Shown here: one piece after another, positions 9,793 through 17,747 of the stretch
Layout of the letters: each line of letters begins with the position of its first letter
How positions within the stretch are numbered: the first letter of the stretch is position 1
Assembly (NCBI GenBank): GCA_934281515.1
Contig: CAKQXG010000002.1
Location: 1 to 54,808 of the forward strand
Origin: an uncultured Clostridia bacterium
GTDB taxonomy: Bacteria > Bacillota > Clostridia > Christensenellales > CAG-314
DNA length: 54,808 bases
Direction of reading: 5' to 3'
Made by a program: the position numbers and the translations under genes
Notes under the pieces: generated by a model
Databases searched by the model: none
What the model was told of the DNA's origin: nothing
The model's input: only the letters and a program-made list of their open reading frames with translations

Positions 9793-9990
9793 TCAATGTA
9801 CGTATATATTTTTTCCGCATGCAAGACGGGATTCCTTCGCGGCAATGGCAACCGCGTCGGCGTTGGTGTCGCACAGCGCGACAACCTTAAACTTGTCCGA
9901 CAACTTGTGCATCAATCTGCCATATGTGCGAAAGCCTCTGCCGCCACAGCCCAATATACTGACTGTAAGTAGTTTGGTCTTTTGTTCCAT
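9793..9990 (-). pseudogene. 65-codon N-terminal remnant of a Gfo/Idh/MocA-type oxidoreductase
   Basis: MEQKTKLLTVSILGCGGRGFRTYGRLMHKLSDKFKVVALCDTN is the Rossmann beta-alpha-beta start (GxGxxG) of this roughly 330-aa family. The ORF stops after 65 aa. Only 39 nt separate that stop from the next gene. The likely start is the ATG at 9990 (GGGAGA upstream), not 10041. Confidence 0.6.
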
Positions 9991-10065
9991 ATAAATTCTC
10001 CCGTGCGTTTCACTGTCGCATACATCGCTTTTTTGCCTCATTACAGCAATACGTTGTCACCTGTA

Positions 10066-10142
10066 AAAATACCAAAAACCTCTCGAAACGCAAAGAGGTT
10101 TTGGTTGTTGCGCGCCGTTCGGACTTGCCCCCGACAAGTCCG
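10066..10142 (-). terminator. two hairpins downstream of the 1184-aa gene; the distal one is a canonical rho-independent terminator
   Basis: On the minus strand the proximal hairpin is CGGACTTGtcgggggCAAGTCCG. The distal hairpin is AACCTCTttgcgtttcgAGAGGTT, followed by TTTTTGGTATTTTT. Confidence 0.7.
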
Positions 10143-10167
10143 AAACAGCTAAACGCTATTGTTGATG

Positions 10168-13100
10168 TTACTTCTCGACAACTGTAAGGTTGCTTACTTC
10201 GTAGTCGATTGCATGGGACAGGAAGTGGATACGTAAATCTTTTCCGTCATAAGTGGCGGTAAGCACTTCTTCTATTTTCCTTACTTCTTCTCCGGTCTCG
10301 CGGTTGCTGACAATTACAACAACCTTGACTTGATTATTTTCGTCCGTTGTCAAATCAAATTTTATATGGAGTTTTTCAGGGAAAGAGTCTCCCGCATCAT
10401 GATATTTACCATTGTTTCCATCGTAGAAATCGTATCTCCAAGTACCATTGGCATCCCAAAAGTTTATTCCGACAACAGTCAAGTCATCGACAAAATTGTT
10501 TTTATCCGTCCAACCGTTCCCGTCGTTTTGTGCAATGTTTATACCAAGATGTCCGTTTACGTTAGTACTATTATTTACGTTTACATCCATATCGATTGTG
10601 GTATTTGCATTAAACAAAATTTCTTGGGTTACAGAAGCTCTCCATGCTGCATCACTGCTGTCTACACCGTTAAAGCGGAAAGCGGAACTGTCATCCGCAA
10701 TGGTTGCAGGTTTGTAGTTACCGTTGAAAACACGCGAATAATGTAGCAGTCTTGTTGCGCCGTTTATCTTGTTCGTAACAGTCTCGCCGTCAAGAAAAAC
10801 AACATCGCTGATGGTAATATGGCTGTCGCCGATAGATTGCAAATACAAAGCGGGGATTGTGTCAACGTCTTTAAGCGCGTCGGCAATGTTTGCTTGCAGA
10901 ACAATCACGTCGTTGACAAACGTATAAATGTAGTTACCGCTACGTGCAATACCGATTGTGATTGCGCTGTTGTTTGTCGCTGCCTGAATAAGCCAATTTT
11001 TGGATACGCCGAGTACGTCATCATAATGATTGACTATCAAGTTTTTATCTGCAACGCCATAGCCGACAGCCAAACGGTGCCAATAACCTGCGGCAGCGGC
11101 ATTGTTATTGTTACCACCGCCAAGGTACATTGAATACTTGTCAAACATAAACGTATCGCCACCGAGGTGCGCCATACCAAATGCCTTGTATTGGTCATCG
11201 TTGATGTACAAACCGTTGAGGGTGTACTGTGCGTAGTACAGTTTGCTTGCTTCCAGACCGGTGTTAAACGCGTTGACTGTTTCGTCGCCGGAAGTAATTG
11301 TGATCGTGTTCTTGTAGGTACCGTCTTCGTCGTACTCCACGTTTACACCGTTGCTTGTGGCAAGCGGACTAACCGTTACGGTGCACTCTATATCGACGCC
11401 GTTGACCGTTGCGGTGATTGTCACTTTACCGTAAGCCTTTGCGGTAATCTTACCGTCGTCGACGACTACTATACCTTCGTCAGAGCTATTGAAAGTGACG
11501 GGTTGAGTGTTGTCGGAACCTTCGCCGTAGACAAGAGTAAGTTCTTCTGTGCCGTTGAGTGCCAACAAGTAATTTTGTTGTTCAAACTTGACGTCTACGA
11601 CCTTGACGGTAACTTCCGCCTTTACGTCGTCGATTTGCGCCGTAATGATTGCGGAGCCTGCCTTGACAGCATTGACTACGCCGTTTTCTACCGTGGCAAC
11701 GCTTGTATCGCTGCTTGTCCACACAATTCTGCTTGCAGCATACGTCGGGTCTACGGTAGCGGTAAGCGGTTTGGATTCGTCCTTGGTAAGGGTCAATGTG
11801 TTTTCGTCAAGTTGCAACGAATTTATCAGCATTTTGCTGTCGTCGATTTTCTTTGCTGCGGTTTCGCCGTTGAGATAAACGATGCCGTTTATCGCGCGAG
11901 TGTCGCCCGATGTGGAATTCATAAAGATTGCAGGCATCGTGTCTACGTCGGCAAGACCTTCGGCAATCTGCGTTTTGTACACAATTACGCCGTTGAGCAA
12001 TGTATAGATGTCGCTGCCGTTACGAGCGATACCCATTGTGACGGACTTGTTGTTTTTCAACATGTCGATAAGCCAATTCTGTACCGCGCCGAGTTGTTGG
12101 TTAGCCATGTTCAGCAACAAATCGTTTTCCAAATCCGACTTGTTGTTCATACGGTGCCAATAACCTGCGGTAGCGGGGTCGTTTCCGTTAAGGTACATGT
12201 GGAACACGTCAAACATAATGCTTTCGTCGGTTGCAAAGTGCGCCAGACCGAAAGTCTTGGATTGACCATTGTACAGATTCATTCCGCTAAGTTTGTACTC
12301 TGCGTAGTAAACCTTGCTTGCGGCATTGTCGCCAAGATTCAGCGCATTGATATGCATACCTTCAAGCGTTTTGATTGTGTAACCGTTTTCACCGTACTCC
12401 ACCGTTACGCCGTTGTTGGTTGCAAGCGGACTTACGGTCACGGTGCAAGTTACGCTAAATTTGTTCGCAACGCTCGCCGTGATTGTAGCTTGACCGTAGG
12501 CGAGTGCCTTGACCTTGCCGTTGTCGTCCACGCTGACTACATCGGAGTCAGCGCTAGTGTAGACGATGTTTGTTTCGGCTGCGTCGGAAGGATCGAATGT
12601 CAAAGCAAGTTGTTCCTCGACATTCAACGCAAGCGAGTAGTTTTGTTGCTCAAAAGCAACGCTGATTGCGCTGACCGTTACGCTTGCCGTAACGCCGTCG
12701 ATTGTTGCCGTGATTGTTGTCGAGCCTGCGCCGACAACGGTAATAGTGCCGTGTTCATCGACGGTGGCGACTTGGGTGTTTTCCGAAGCGAACTGCACTG
12801 CTTTTACGCCAGTGGCAGGGTCGGTTGTGACAACCAATGTGTGCGTTTCGCCCGTATACAACGCAAGGGTTGCAACGTCAAGCAAGATTGTCCTGACTCG
12901 GTTGTATACCCTGACGGTGCAAGTTTGCGTAACGCCGTCAAGGCTTGCGGTTATACTTGCCGTACCTGCGGCAACCGCGACGATTTTGCCGTTGTTGTCG
13001 ACTGTGGCAATTGTTTCGTCACTGCTGGCAAACGCAACTGCGCGTGTGCCTTGCGGCGTGACCGTGGCAACGATTGTTTGTTCTTCCTCGACGTACATGT

Positions 13101-13722
13101 CGACGGCGGTTTTGTCAAGGGCAATTGCCGTAGCTTTGGCGTACACCGTGACCGCGCAACTGTCGGACTTGGTTCCGCTCGAATCGCTGACGGTAACGGT
13201 TGCCGTACCTGCCGACAATGCCGTAACCTTGCCGCCCTCTACCTTGACGATACCGACGGGATCGCACTTCCAGACAAGTTTGTCGGCGGCGGTCGTCGGG
13301 TCGACGGTGGCTGTAAGTGTTTGCTCTTCGCCTACAAGCAACTCCAACGTCTTTTTGTCAAGCGTTACGGAGTTGAATTTTTCTTCTACAATGATTGTGC
13401 AGGAAGCGTACACCGTGCCGCTTTTGTTTTGTGCGGAAACGACTGCCGTACCTGCCGCAAGGGCGGTCACTTTGCCGTTTTCTACCTTGACGACCGATTC
13501 CTTGTCGCACGTCCACACGATGTTTGCCGCCTGTTCGACGGGCTCCACCGTAGCGGTAAGGGTCGCTTCGTCGCCTACCTTCATCGACAAAGTGTCCTTA
13601 TCCAGCGTAATCTTTGTAATTTCGACTTCTGTCGGAGTTATTTCGCAAGCCGCAAATACAAAGCTCATGCACAACAACAATACAAAACAAACGATACCAA
13701 TTGCTTTGATGTTTTTTTGCAT
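10168..13722 (-). CDS. 1184-aa surface lipoprotein with at least 7 Big_2 domains, two jelly-roll/LamG-like modules and a C-terminal CBM-like domain
   Basis: Lipobox FAAC. Big_2 signatures recur (for example LTATVEPVEQAANIVWTCDKESVVKVENGKVTALAAGTAVVSA). Own promoter and terminator. Confidence 0.9.
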   Translation of the reverse strand: MQKNIKAIGIVCFVLLLCMSFVFAACEITPTEVEITKITLDKDTLSMKVGDEATLTATVEPVEQAANIVWTCDKESVVKVENGKVTALAAGTAVVSAQNKSGTVYASCTIIVEEKFNSVTLDKKTLELLVGEEQTLTATVDPTTAADKLVWKCDPVGIVKVEGGKVTALSAGTATVTVSDSSGTKSDSCAVTVYAKATAIALDKTAVDMYVEEEQTIVATVTPQGTRAVAFASSDETIATVDNNGKIVAVAAGTASITASLDGVTQTCTVRVYNRVRTILLDVATLALYTGETHTLVVTTDPATGVKAVQFASENTQVATVDEHGTITVVGAGSTTITATIDGVTASVTVSAISVAFEQQNYSLALNVEEQLALTFDPSDAAETNIVYTSADSDVVSVDDNGKVKALAYGQATITASVANKFSVTCTVTVSPLATNNGVTVEYGENGYTIKTLEGMHINALNLGDNAASKVYYAEYKLSGMNLYNGQSKTFGLAHFATDESIMFDVFHMYLNGNDPATAGYWHRMNNKSDLENDLLLNMANQQLGAVQNWLIDMLKNNKSVTMGIARNGSDIYTLLNGVIVYKTQIAEGLADVDTMPAIFMNSTSGDTRAINGIVYLNGETAAKKIDDSKMLINSLQLDENTLTLTKDESKPLTATVDPTYAASRIVWTSSDTSVATVENGVVNAVKAGSAIITAQIDDVKAEVTVKVVDVKFEQQNYLLALNGTEELTLVYGEGSDNTQPVTFNSSDEGIVVVDDGKITAKAYGKVTITATVNGVDIECTVTVSPLATSNGVNVEYDEDGTYKNTITITSGDETVNAFNTGLEASKLYYAQYTLNGLYINDDQYKAFGMAHLGGDTFMFDKYSMYLGGGNNNNAAAAGYWHRLAVGYGVADKNLIVNHYDDVLGVSKNWLIQAATNNSAITIGIARSGNYIYTFVNDVIVLQANIADALKDVDTIPALYLQSIGDSHITISDVVFLDGETVTNKINGATRLLHYSRVFNGNYKPATIADDSSAFRFNGVDSSDAAWRASVTQEILFNANTTIDMDVNVNNSTNVNGHLGINIAQNDGNGWTDKNNFVDDLTVVGINFWDANGTWRYDFYDGNNGKYHDAGDSFPEKLHIKFDLTTDENNQVKVVVIVSNRETGEEVRKIEEVLTATYDGKDLRIHFLSHAIDYEVSNLTVVEK
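10753..12876 (-). repeat. in-frame tandem duplication (about 350 aa x2) inside the 1184-aa gene
   Basis: aa 283-630 and aa 636-990 align end to end. Matching pairs include VAFEQQNYSLALN / VKFEQQNYLLALN, TVSPLATNNGVTVEYGENG / TVSPLATSNGVNVEYDEDG, AGYWHRMNN / AGYWHRLAV, VQNWLIDMLKNNKSVTMGIARNGSDIYTLLNGVIV / SKNWLIQAATNNSAITIGIARSGNYIYTFVNDVIV. Confidence 0.85.
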
Positions 13723-13827
13723 TATACGTTACCTCCTATAAAAATTCAATATAAGGATAGAAAACTATCCGTATTAACACAGTAACGGTTTTCTCGTGCA
13801 CCGTAGTACACTCCCGATAGTAAATAC

Positions 13828-13857
13828 ATTGTACCATAAGGCAAAAAGCGTTTTCAA
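13828..13857 (-). promoter_or_regulatory. sigma-70-type promoter of the 1184-aa lipoprotein gene
   Basis: Minus strand reads TTGAAA-N18-TACAAT with TGg immediately upstream (extended -10). It lies about 100 nt upstream of the ATG. The leader contains the perfect hairpin GGATAGttttCTATCC. Confidence 0.55.
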
Positions 13858-13963
13858 CCCACTATCTCCGCGATTATTTTCAAATTTACATATTTTGGGC
13901 AAAATTTCTCCGTTTATTATCCACTTTAACACATTTTGTACACGTTTTTTATTCCATTTACCG

Positions 13964-13992
13964 TTGACAAACATTGCAGAAAACCATATAAT
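13964..13992 (+). promoter_or_regulatory. consensus sigma-70 promoter of the AraC-family gene
   Basis: TTGACA-N17-TATAAT exactly, about 95 nt upstream of the ATG at 14090. Confidence 0.65.
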
Positions 13993-14089
13993 AAGTTTGA
14001 AATACAACCAACCGTAACCGCTTGTTACGTTACACAACACAGATTGCGTAACCGTGACAAAAATAAACGCATGCAAGGAGAACATCGTT

Positions 14090-14932
14090 ATGCCGCGTAA
14101 GTCGAAATACTTTTTGTTTGAGATTGTAGGCGACGTGCCCGACTTTTTCTACTCCAACCGCTACGTCACGCAAGGGACCAAACTGCACTTCCATCGCAAT
14201 TGGGAAGTGTTTTGCGTGTTTGAAGGCGTGGTTTCGGCAACGGTGGACAACAAATCCTATCTGTTGGAGCCGGGTATGGCGGTGGTAGTGGACAGCCTTG
14301 CGCCGCACTCGTTTGAGTGTACGTCGGCGGAGATATCCTACACCATTATCGGCACCGAGTTGATGCAACTGTTTTTTCAACTGTACCCCAACCGCACGTT
14401 ACCGCGCCTTTTGCCCGACAAACAGGCAAACCGACCGCTGCTTGACTTTGTGACAAGCATTGCAATGCAGGTTGCAAACTACAGTCCGCTGGAAAAATAT
14501 GCCTACGCGTGCACGGTGCTTAACAAAATAGTGCAAGCCTACGGCACAATACCTGCCGACGTGATGTTGCACCGAGCCAACAGCACCATTTACAAGGCGA
14601 TATCCTACATCTACGACAACTACACGCAGGACATATCCCTTACCACCATCGCCGACTACCTGCACATACAGCCGCAGTCGCTGTCCAACTTGTTGAGCAA
14701 ATACTTAAAAACCGACCTGCGCAACTACATCAACAACCTGCGTATACAGGAGTTTTACGTGTTGCAGAAACGCCCCGAAAACAAAGATTTGTCGGTGTTG
14801 GAGTTGGCAACGCTATGCGGATTTTCCAGTCTGACGACATTTTACCGCGCACAGAAAAAATACGTCGACAGCTCGTCTGCGGAACCGCAAGTGCTGTACG
14901 AATACCTGCCCACCGACCCGACCAAGTTGTAA
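14090..14932 (+). CDS. AraC-family transcriptional regulator (cupin sensor domain plus HTH_18)
   Basis: The C-terminal double HTH reads ISLTTIADYLHIQPQSLSNLLSKYL...LSVLELATLCGFSSLTTFYRAQKKY. The N-terminal cupin-like region contains HFHRNWEVFCVFEG. I moved the start to the ATG at 14090 (AAGGAG at 14075-14080, 9 nt upstream of the ATG) instead of the track start at 14054. Confidence 0.9.
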   Translation: MPRKSKYFLFEIVGDVPDFFYSNRYVTQGTKLHFHRNWEVFCVFEGVVSATVDNKSYLLEPGMAVVVDSLAPHSFECTSAEISYTIIGTELMQLFFQLYPNRTLPRLLPDKQANRPLLDFVTSIAMQVANYSPLEKYAYACTVLNKIVQAYGTIPADVMLHRANSTIYKAISYIYDNYTQDISLTTIADYLHIQPQSLSNLLSKYLKTDLRNYINNLRIQEFYVLQKRPENKDLSVLELATLCGFSSLTTFYRAQKKYVDSSSAEPQVLYEYLPTDPTKL

Positions 14933-14944
14933 AAACGGCATACT

Positions 14945-14983
14945 AAAAAACGCCTGCATCTCGCAAGAAATGCAGGCATTTTT
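14945..14983. terminator. bidirectional rho-independent terminator between convergent AraC and GH29 genes
   Basis: AAAAAAC-GCCTGCAT-ctcgcaagaa-ATGCAGGC-ATTTTT: an 8-bp stem flanked by an A-run and a T-run. Confidence 0.8.
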
Positions 14984-15014
14984 ACATACGTATTGATTTT
15001 TTTGTTACGCCGAC

Positions 15015-16832
15015 TTACAGTTTGCCGTTGTCGACAAGGTACTTTTTAAGACGTTCTGCAATCATGTGGTGACCGTGATTGTTTGGGTGCAGTCCGTCCA
15101 CCGTATACTCGTCGCCTTGAGTTTTCGGTTCGGGGAATATGTCGCAAATGTCAATGCAATCCACGCCGTAGTGTCCGCACATTTCGGCAATTTTGTCGCG
15201 ATACACGACTAGCGGCTCGCCGTCAAGCTTGTTTCCCGCACCGTGGCGGCTGTCCTGGTTGTACCTGTTTAGCGGAAGCACAAAGCAGATTTTTTGGCGC
15301 GGATAGTTGTCGGTCAACCATTGCAACAGGTTGTTGAGCGCGCCGCAGAAGGTGTAGTCGGATATATCTCCGTCGTGACCGAAAGGCGCGTCGCCGTGTC
15401 CGAAGTCGTTGGTACCGCCAAACACAAACAGGAAGTCGACATTCCTGTCCATCTTGCGCGCACGTTGCAAAAAGTACTCGTCGTACGACGGATTGGCTGA
15501 CGGCGAACGTTGCGCCGCAATACGAGTGCCGCCAACGCCGTAGTTAAGTTCGGTAGCGTCCAGCATACGGCACAGCACGGTTGTGTACATATCGTCCACG
15601 CTTTCCGCGCCTGCGCCTTGAGTTATGCTGTCGCCCAAAAATGCGATTCTCGTCTTGGGCACAACCAACTTTGCCACGCGAGAGCCGAGACTTGTGCCGT
15701 AATCGAAGGGCGCAACCACAATGGCATTACCCGTCAACTCCACAGCCTTACCGTTGTCCAGCCAGGTTGCCGATGTTATCAGCCGGCTTGTACCAAGCTT
15801 TACGGTGCGTTTGTCGCTCGCTCTGGTCACGTTGACGTTGTTTTCCATAGGCACGTCGTTTATACACACATACAAATCCTCGCCGCGTTGCAACACTGCC
15901 GCGCCGTCGGCGGTAATTTCCGACGGGACGGCTTCGTACAAAAACTTACCCGTGTATTCTATCCACCTGCCAAGTCCTTCCAGCACCGATTTTTCGGCGG
16001 CAGACACAGATCCGTCCCCACGCAGTCCGGTGTTGAGCAGCAAATTACAACCGCACTTACGACAGTCGATGTAGGTTTCCACCACTTGTTTGACCGACTT
16101 GACGCAAATGTCACGCTCGGCATAACCCCAGTGATCGGTCAGTCCCTCGCACACTTCGCCGGCGCGCGGTTTGTCGGTACAGTCCACGAAGCAAGGCTTA
16201 CCACGCTCGAAAGTAACGCTGTCAATCTCCTTGTGCGACACCTGTCCGAGCATATTCAACCCCGTGTTGTTGATGATCATTGCAGTGGGTTGTAATTCGC
16301 GAATGGTACCGTACAAACGGTCGAACTGCCAATCGGCGTCGGGCTTGTCCCAATAGCCGTCAAACCAAAAACCGCCGATTTTACCGTAGTTTTTGCACAA
16401 CAATTGCACGCTTGCGACAAGGTTGTCGTTGTAGTCCGGATTGTGCCAGTCGAGCAACGTGTGGTAGAAAAACGGCACTATGCCCTGCGCATTGCACTCG
16501 TTTACAAATTCCGCGACAAGGTCTCGTCCGCTTGCGCTGTGCGGTGCGTCGAAGTCGCTCAGACCGCAGGTATCAAACAGACTGAATCCGTCGTGGTGAC
16601 GCGTGGTCAACGTAATATATTTTGCTCCTGCCGACTTGGCTGTCGCGACAAGTTTTTTTGCCCAGTCGGGTTTGACCTTAAACTTGTTTGCGGTAGCCTC
16701 GTAAGCGGCTTTCTGATTGCCGTCAAGGTTGTACGCATACCACTCTCCCTTGCCGACAACACTGTACAAACCGAAGTGCACAAACACGCCCAGACCGAGT
16801 TTTTTGAAATCCTTTATGTATTCGTAAGACAT
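15015..16832 (-). CDS. GH29 alpha-L-fucosidase fused to a C-terminal SGNH/GDSL hydrolase; no signal peptide
   Basis: GH29 motifs: GVFVHFGLYSV, GEWY, AGAKYITLTTRHHDGFSLFD, GGFWFDGYW, CNLLLNTG. SGNH blocks: FLGDSITQGAG (I), FVFGGTNDF (III), DGLHPNNHGH (V). The start is set to the ATG at 16832 (GGAGAG 6 nt upstream) rather than 16850. Confidence 0.88.
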   Translation of the reverse strand: MSYEYIKDFKKLGLGVFVHFGLYSVVGKGEWYAYNLDGNQKAAYEATANKFKVKPDWAKKLVATAKSAGAKYITLTTRHHDGFSLFDTCGLSDFDAPHSASGRDLVAEFVNECNAQGIVPFFYHTLLDWHNPDYNDNLVASVQLLCKNYGKIGGFWFDGYWDKPDADWQFDRLYGTIRELQPTAMIINNTGLNMLGQVSHKEIDSVTFERGKPCFVDCTDKPRAGEVCEGLTDHWGYAERDICVKSVKQVVETYIDCRKCGCNLLLNTGLRGDGSVSAAEKSVLEGLGRWIEYTGKFLYEAVPSEITADGAAVLQRGEDLYVCINDVPMENNVNVTRASDKRTVKLGTSRLITSATWLDNGKAVELTGNAIVVAPFDYGTSLGSRVAKLVVPKTRIAFLGDSITQGAGAESVDDMYTTVLCRMLDATELNYGVGGTRIAAQRSPSANPSYDEYFLQRARKMDRNVDFLFVFGGTNDFGHGDAPFGHDGDISDYTFCGALNNLLQWLTDNYPRQKICFVLPLNRYNQDSRHGAGNKLDGEPLVVYRDKIAEMCGHYGVDCIDICDIFPEPKTQGDEYTVDGLHPNNHGHHMIAERLKKYLVDNGKL

Positions 16833-16856
16833 CTTTTTCTCTCCGTACAAGTCGCT

Positions 16857-16904
16857 GACGGGCAGTTGTCAATCAAACACTGGCGGCATTGACAACCGAC
16901 CGTC
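16857..16904 (-). promoter_or_regulatory. 17-nt imperfect inverted repeat (perfect 9-bp core) in the GH29 5' leader
   Basis: GACGGgcaGTTGTCAAT-N14-ATTGACAACcgaCCGTC. It ends about 12 nt before the SD of the GH29 gene. Confidence 0.5.
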
Positions 16905-16928
16905 CGACGGTAATTTTTAAACGTATAT

Positions 16929-16957
16929 ACAATACTAGATTTCCGACAAATTGTCAA
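16929..16957 (-). promoter_or_regulatory. candidate promoter of the GH29-SGNH gene
   Basis: Minus strand reads TTGACA-N17-TATTGT. Confidence 0.4.
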
Positions 16958-17110
16958 TCTAAAATAGTTTTATAATTATATATCCGATTGCGATATAATG
17001 TGGACACGTCGCGTCGCTGTCAACTGCAATTTGTTTACCCGTTACTGTTTTGCCGGACAAACCTACCGCTGTTATGTTGCCGAAATCCGCATACGCATCT
17101 TAATTTTGCC

Positions 17111-17145
17111 GACAAAATATGCCTGCCCGAAAAACAGGCAGGCAT
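17111..17145 (-). terminator. rho-independent terminator after the holin-like gene
   Basis: Minus strand reads ATGCCTGCCtgtttttcgGGCAGGCAT followed by ATTTTGT. It starts 5 nt after the stop codon. Confidence 0.7.
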
Positions 17146-17149
17146 ACAC

Positions 17150-17467
17150 TCACTCCGAATTTTTTTCTTTGTTTTGTTTATCTTCGTTTTTTTTGGACAG
17201 TTGCTTAAACACCTGATTGGTGCCGGTCGCCGTCAGACCGCTTGCGCCGCCGATTACTATCGCCGTCACTATGTTGTGCGACGGCAAAATGGACGGCAAC
17301 GCAAAGTAGCACACCACTCCGCACACAACGCCGAGTCCTGCGGCAATAAGAGGCACAAACCTGTCAAATTTGTCGTTTTCGCCCACGGCGTGGCGCACTA
17401 GTTTTATCACCCAATACACCACGGCGGCAATTGCAGGCACGCTTACCATGCCGAGATAGTCCTCCAT
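17150..17467 (-). CDS. small holin-like membrane protein (Cph1 / Phage_holin_5_2-like)
   Basis: 105 aa with 2-3 hydrophobic helices. It has the motif IGGASGLTATGTNQVFKQL, which I recall from clostridial phage holins, and a highly charged tail KKNEDKQNKEKNSE. SD is AAGGAGAG. Confidence 0.65.
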   Translation of the reverse strand: MEDYLGMVSVPAIAAVVYWVIKLVRHAVGENDKFDRFVPLIAAGLGVVCGVVCYFALPSILPSHNIVTAIVIGGASGLTATGTNQVFKQLSKKNEDKQNKEKNSE

Positions 17468-17694
17468 AATTCTCTCCTTGATAATATACTATGTATCTGC
17501 AGCGTACAATACCTTTACGGAGAAAACAATGGCGCAACAACCCGTTTCAACTTTTGCCGAGCTGAAGTCGGCAGTAACACTTACCACCCGACCGCACGAC
17601 AAGTCGCGTTGTATACTATGAAACAACTGCAATATGTGTTAAAACTACCACCAATCGCAACAAAAAAGCGCATACGTATTGATTTTTCGTTACA

Positions 17695-17726
17695 CAACAA
17701 AAACCGCCGCAGTTGCCTGCGACGGT
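17695..17726 (-). terminator. rho-independent terminator after the 1072-aa gene
   Basis: Minus strand reads ACCGTCGCAGgcaaCTGCGGCGGT followed by TTTTTGTTG. Confidence 0.7.
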
Positions 17727-17747
17727 AATTTGTGTTGTAAATTGTTG

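Noticed and set aside
17150-17467. The holin-like gene as evidence of a prophage.
   Set aside because: No endolysin, terminase, portal, capsid, tail, integrase or repressor genes occur anywhere in the window. The neighbours are glycoside hydrolase and lipoprotein genes with their own promoters and terminators.
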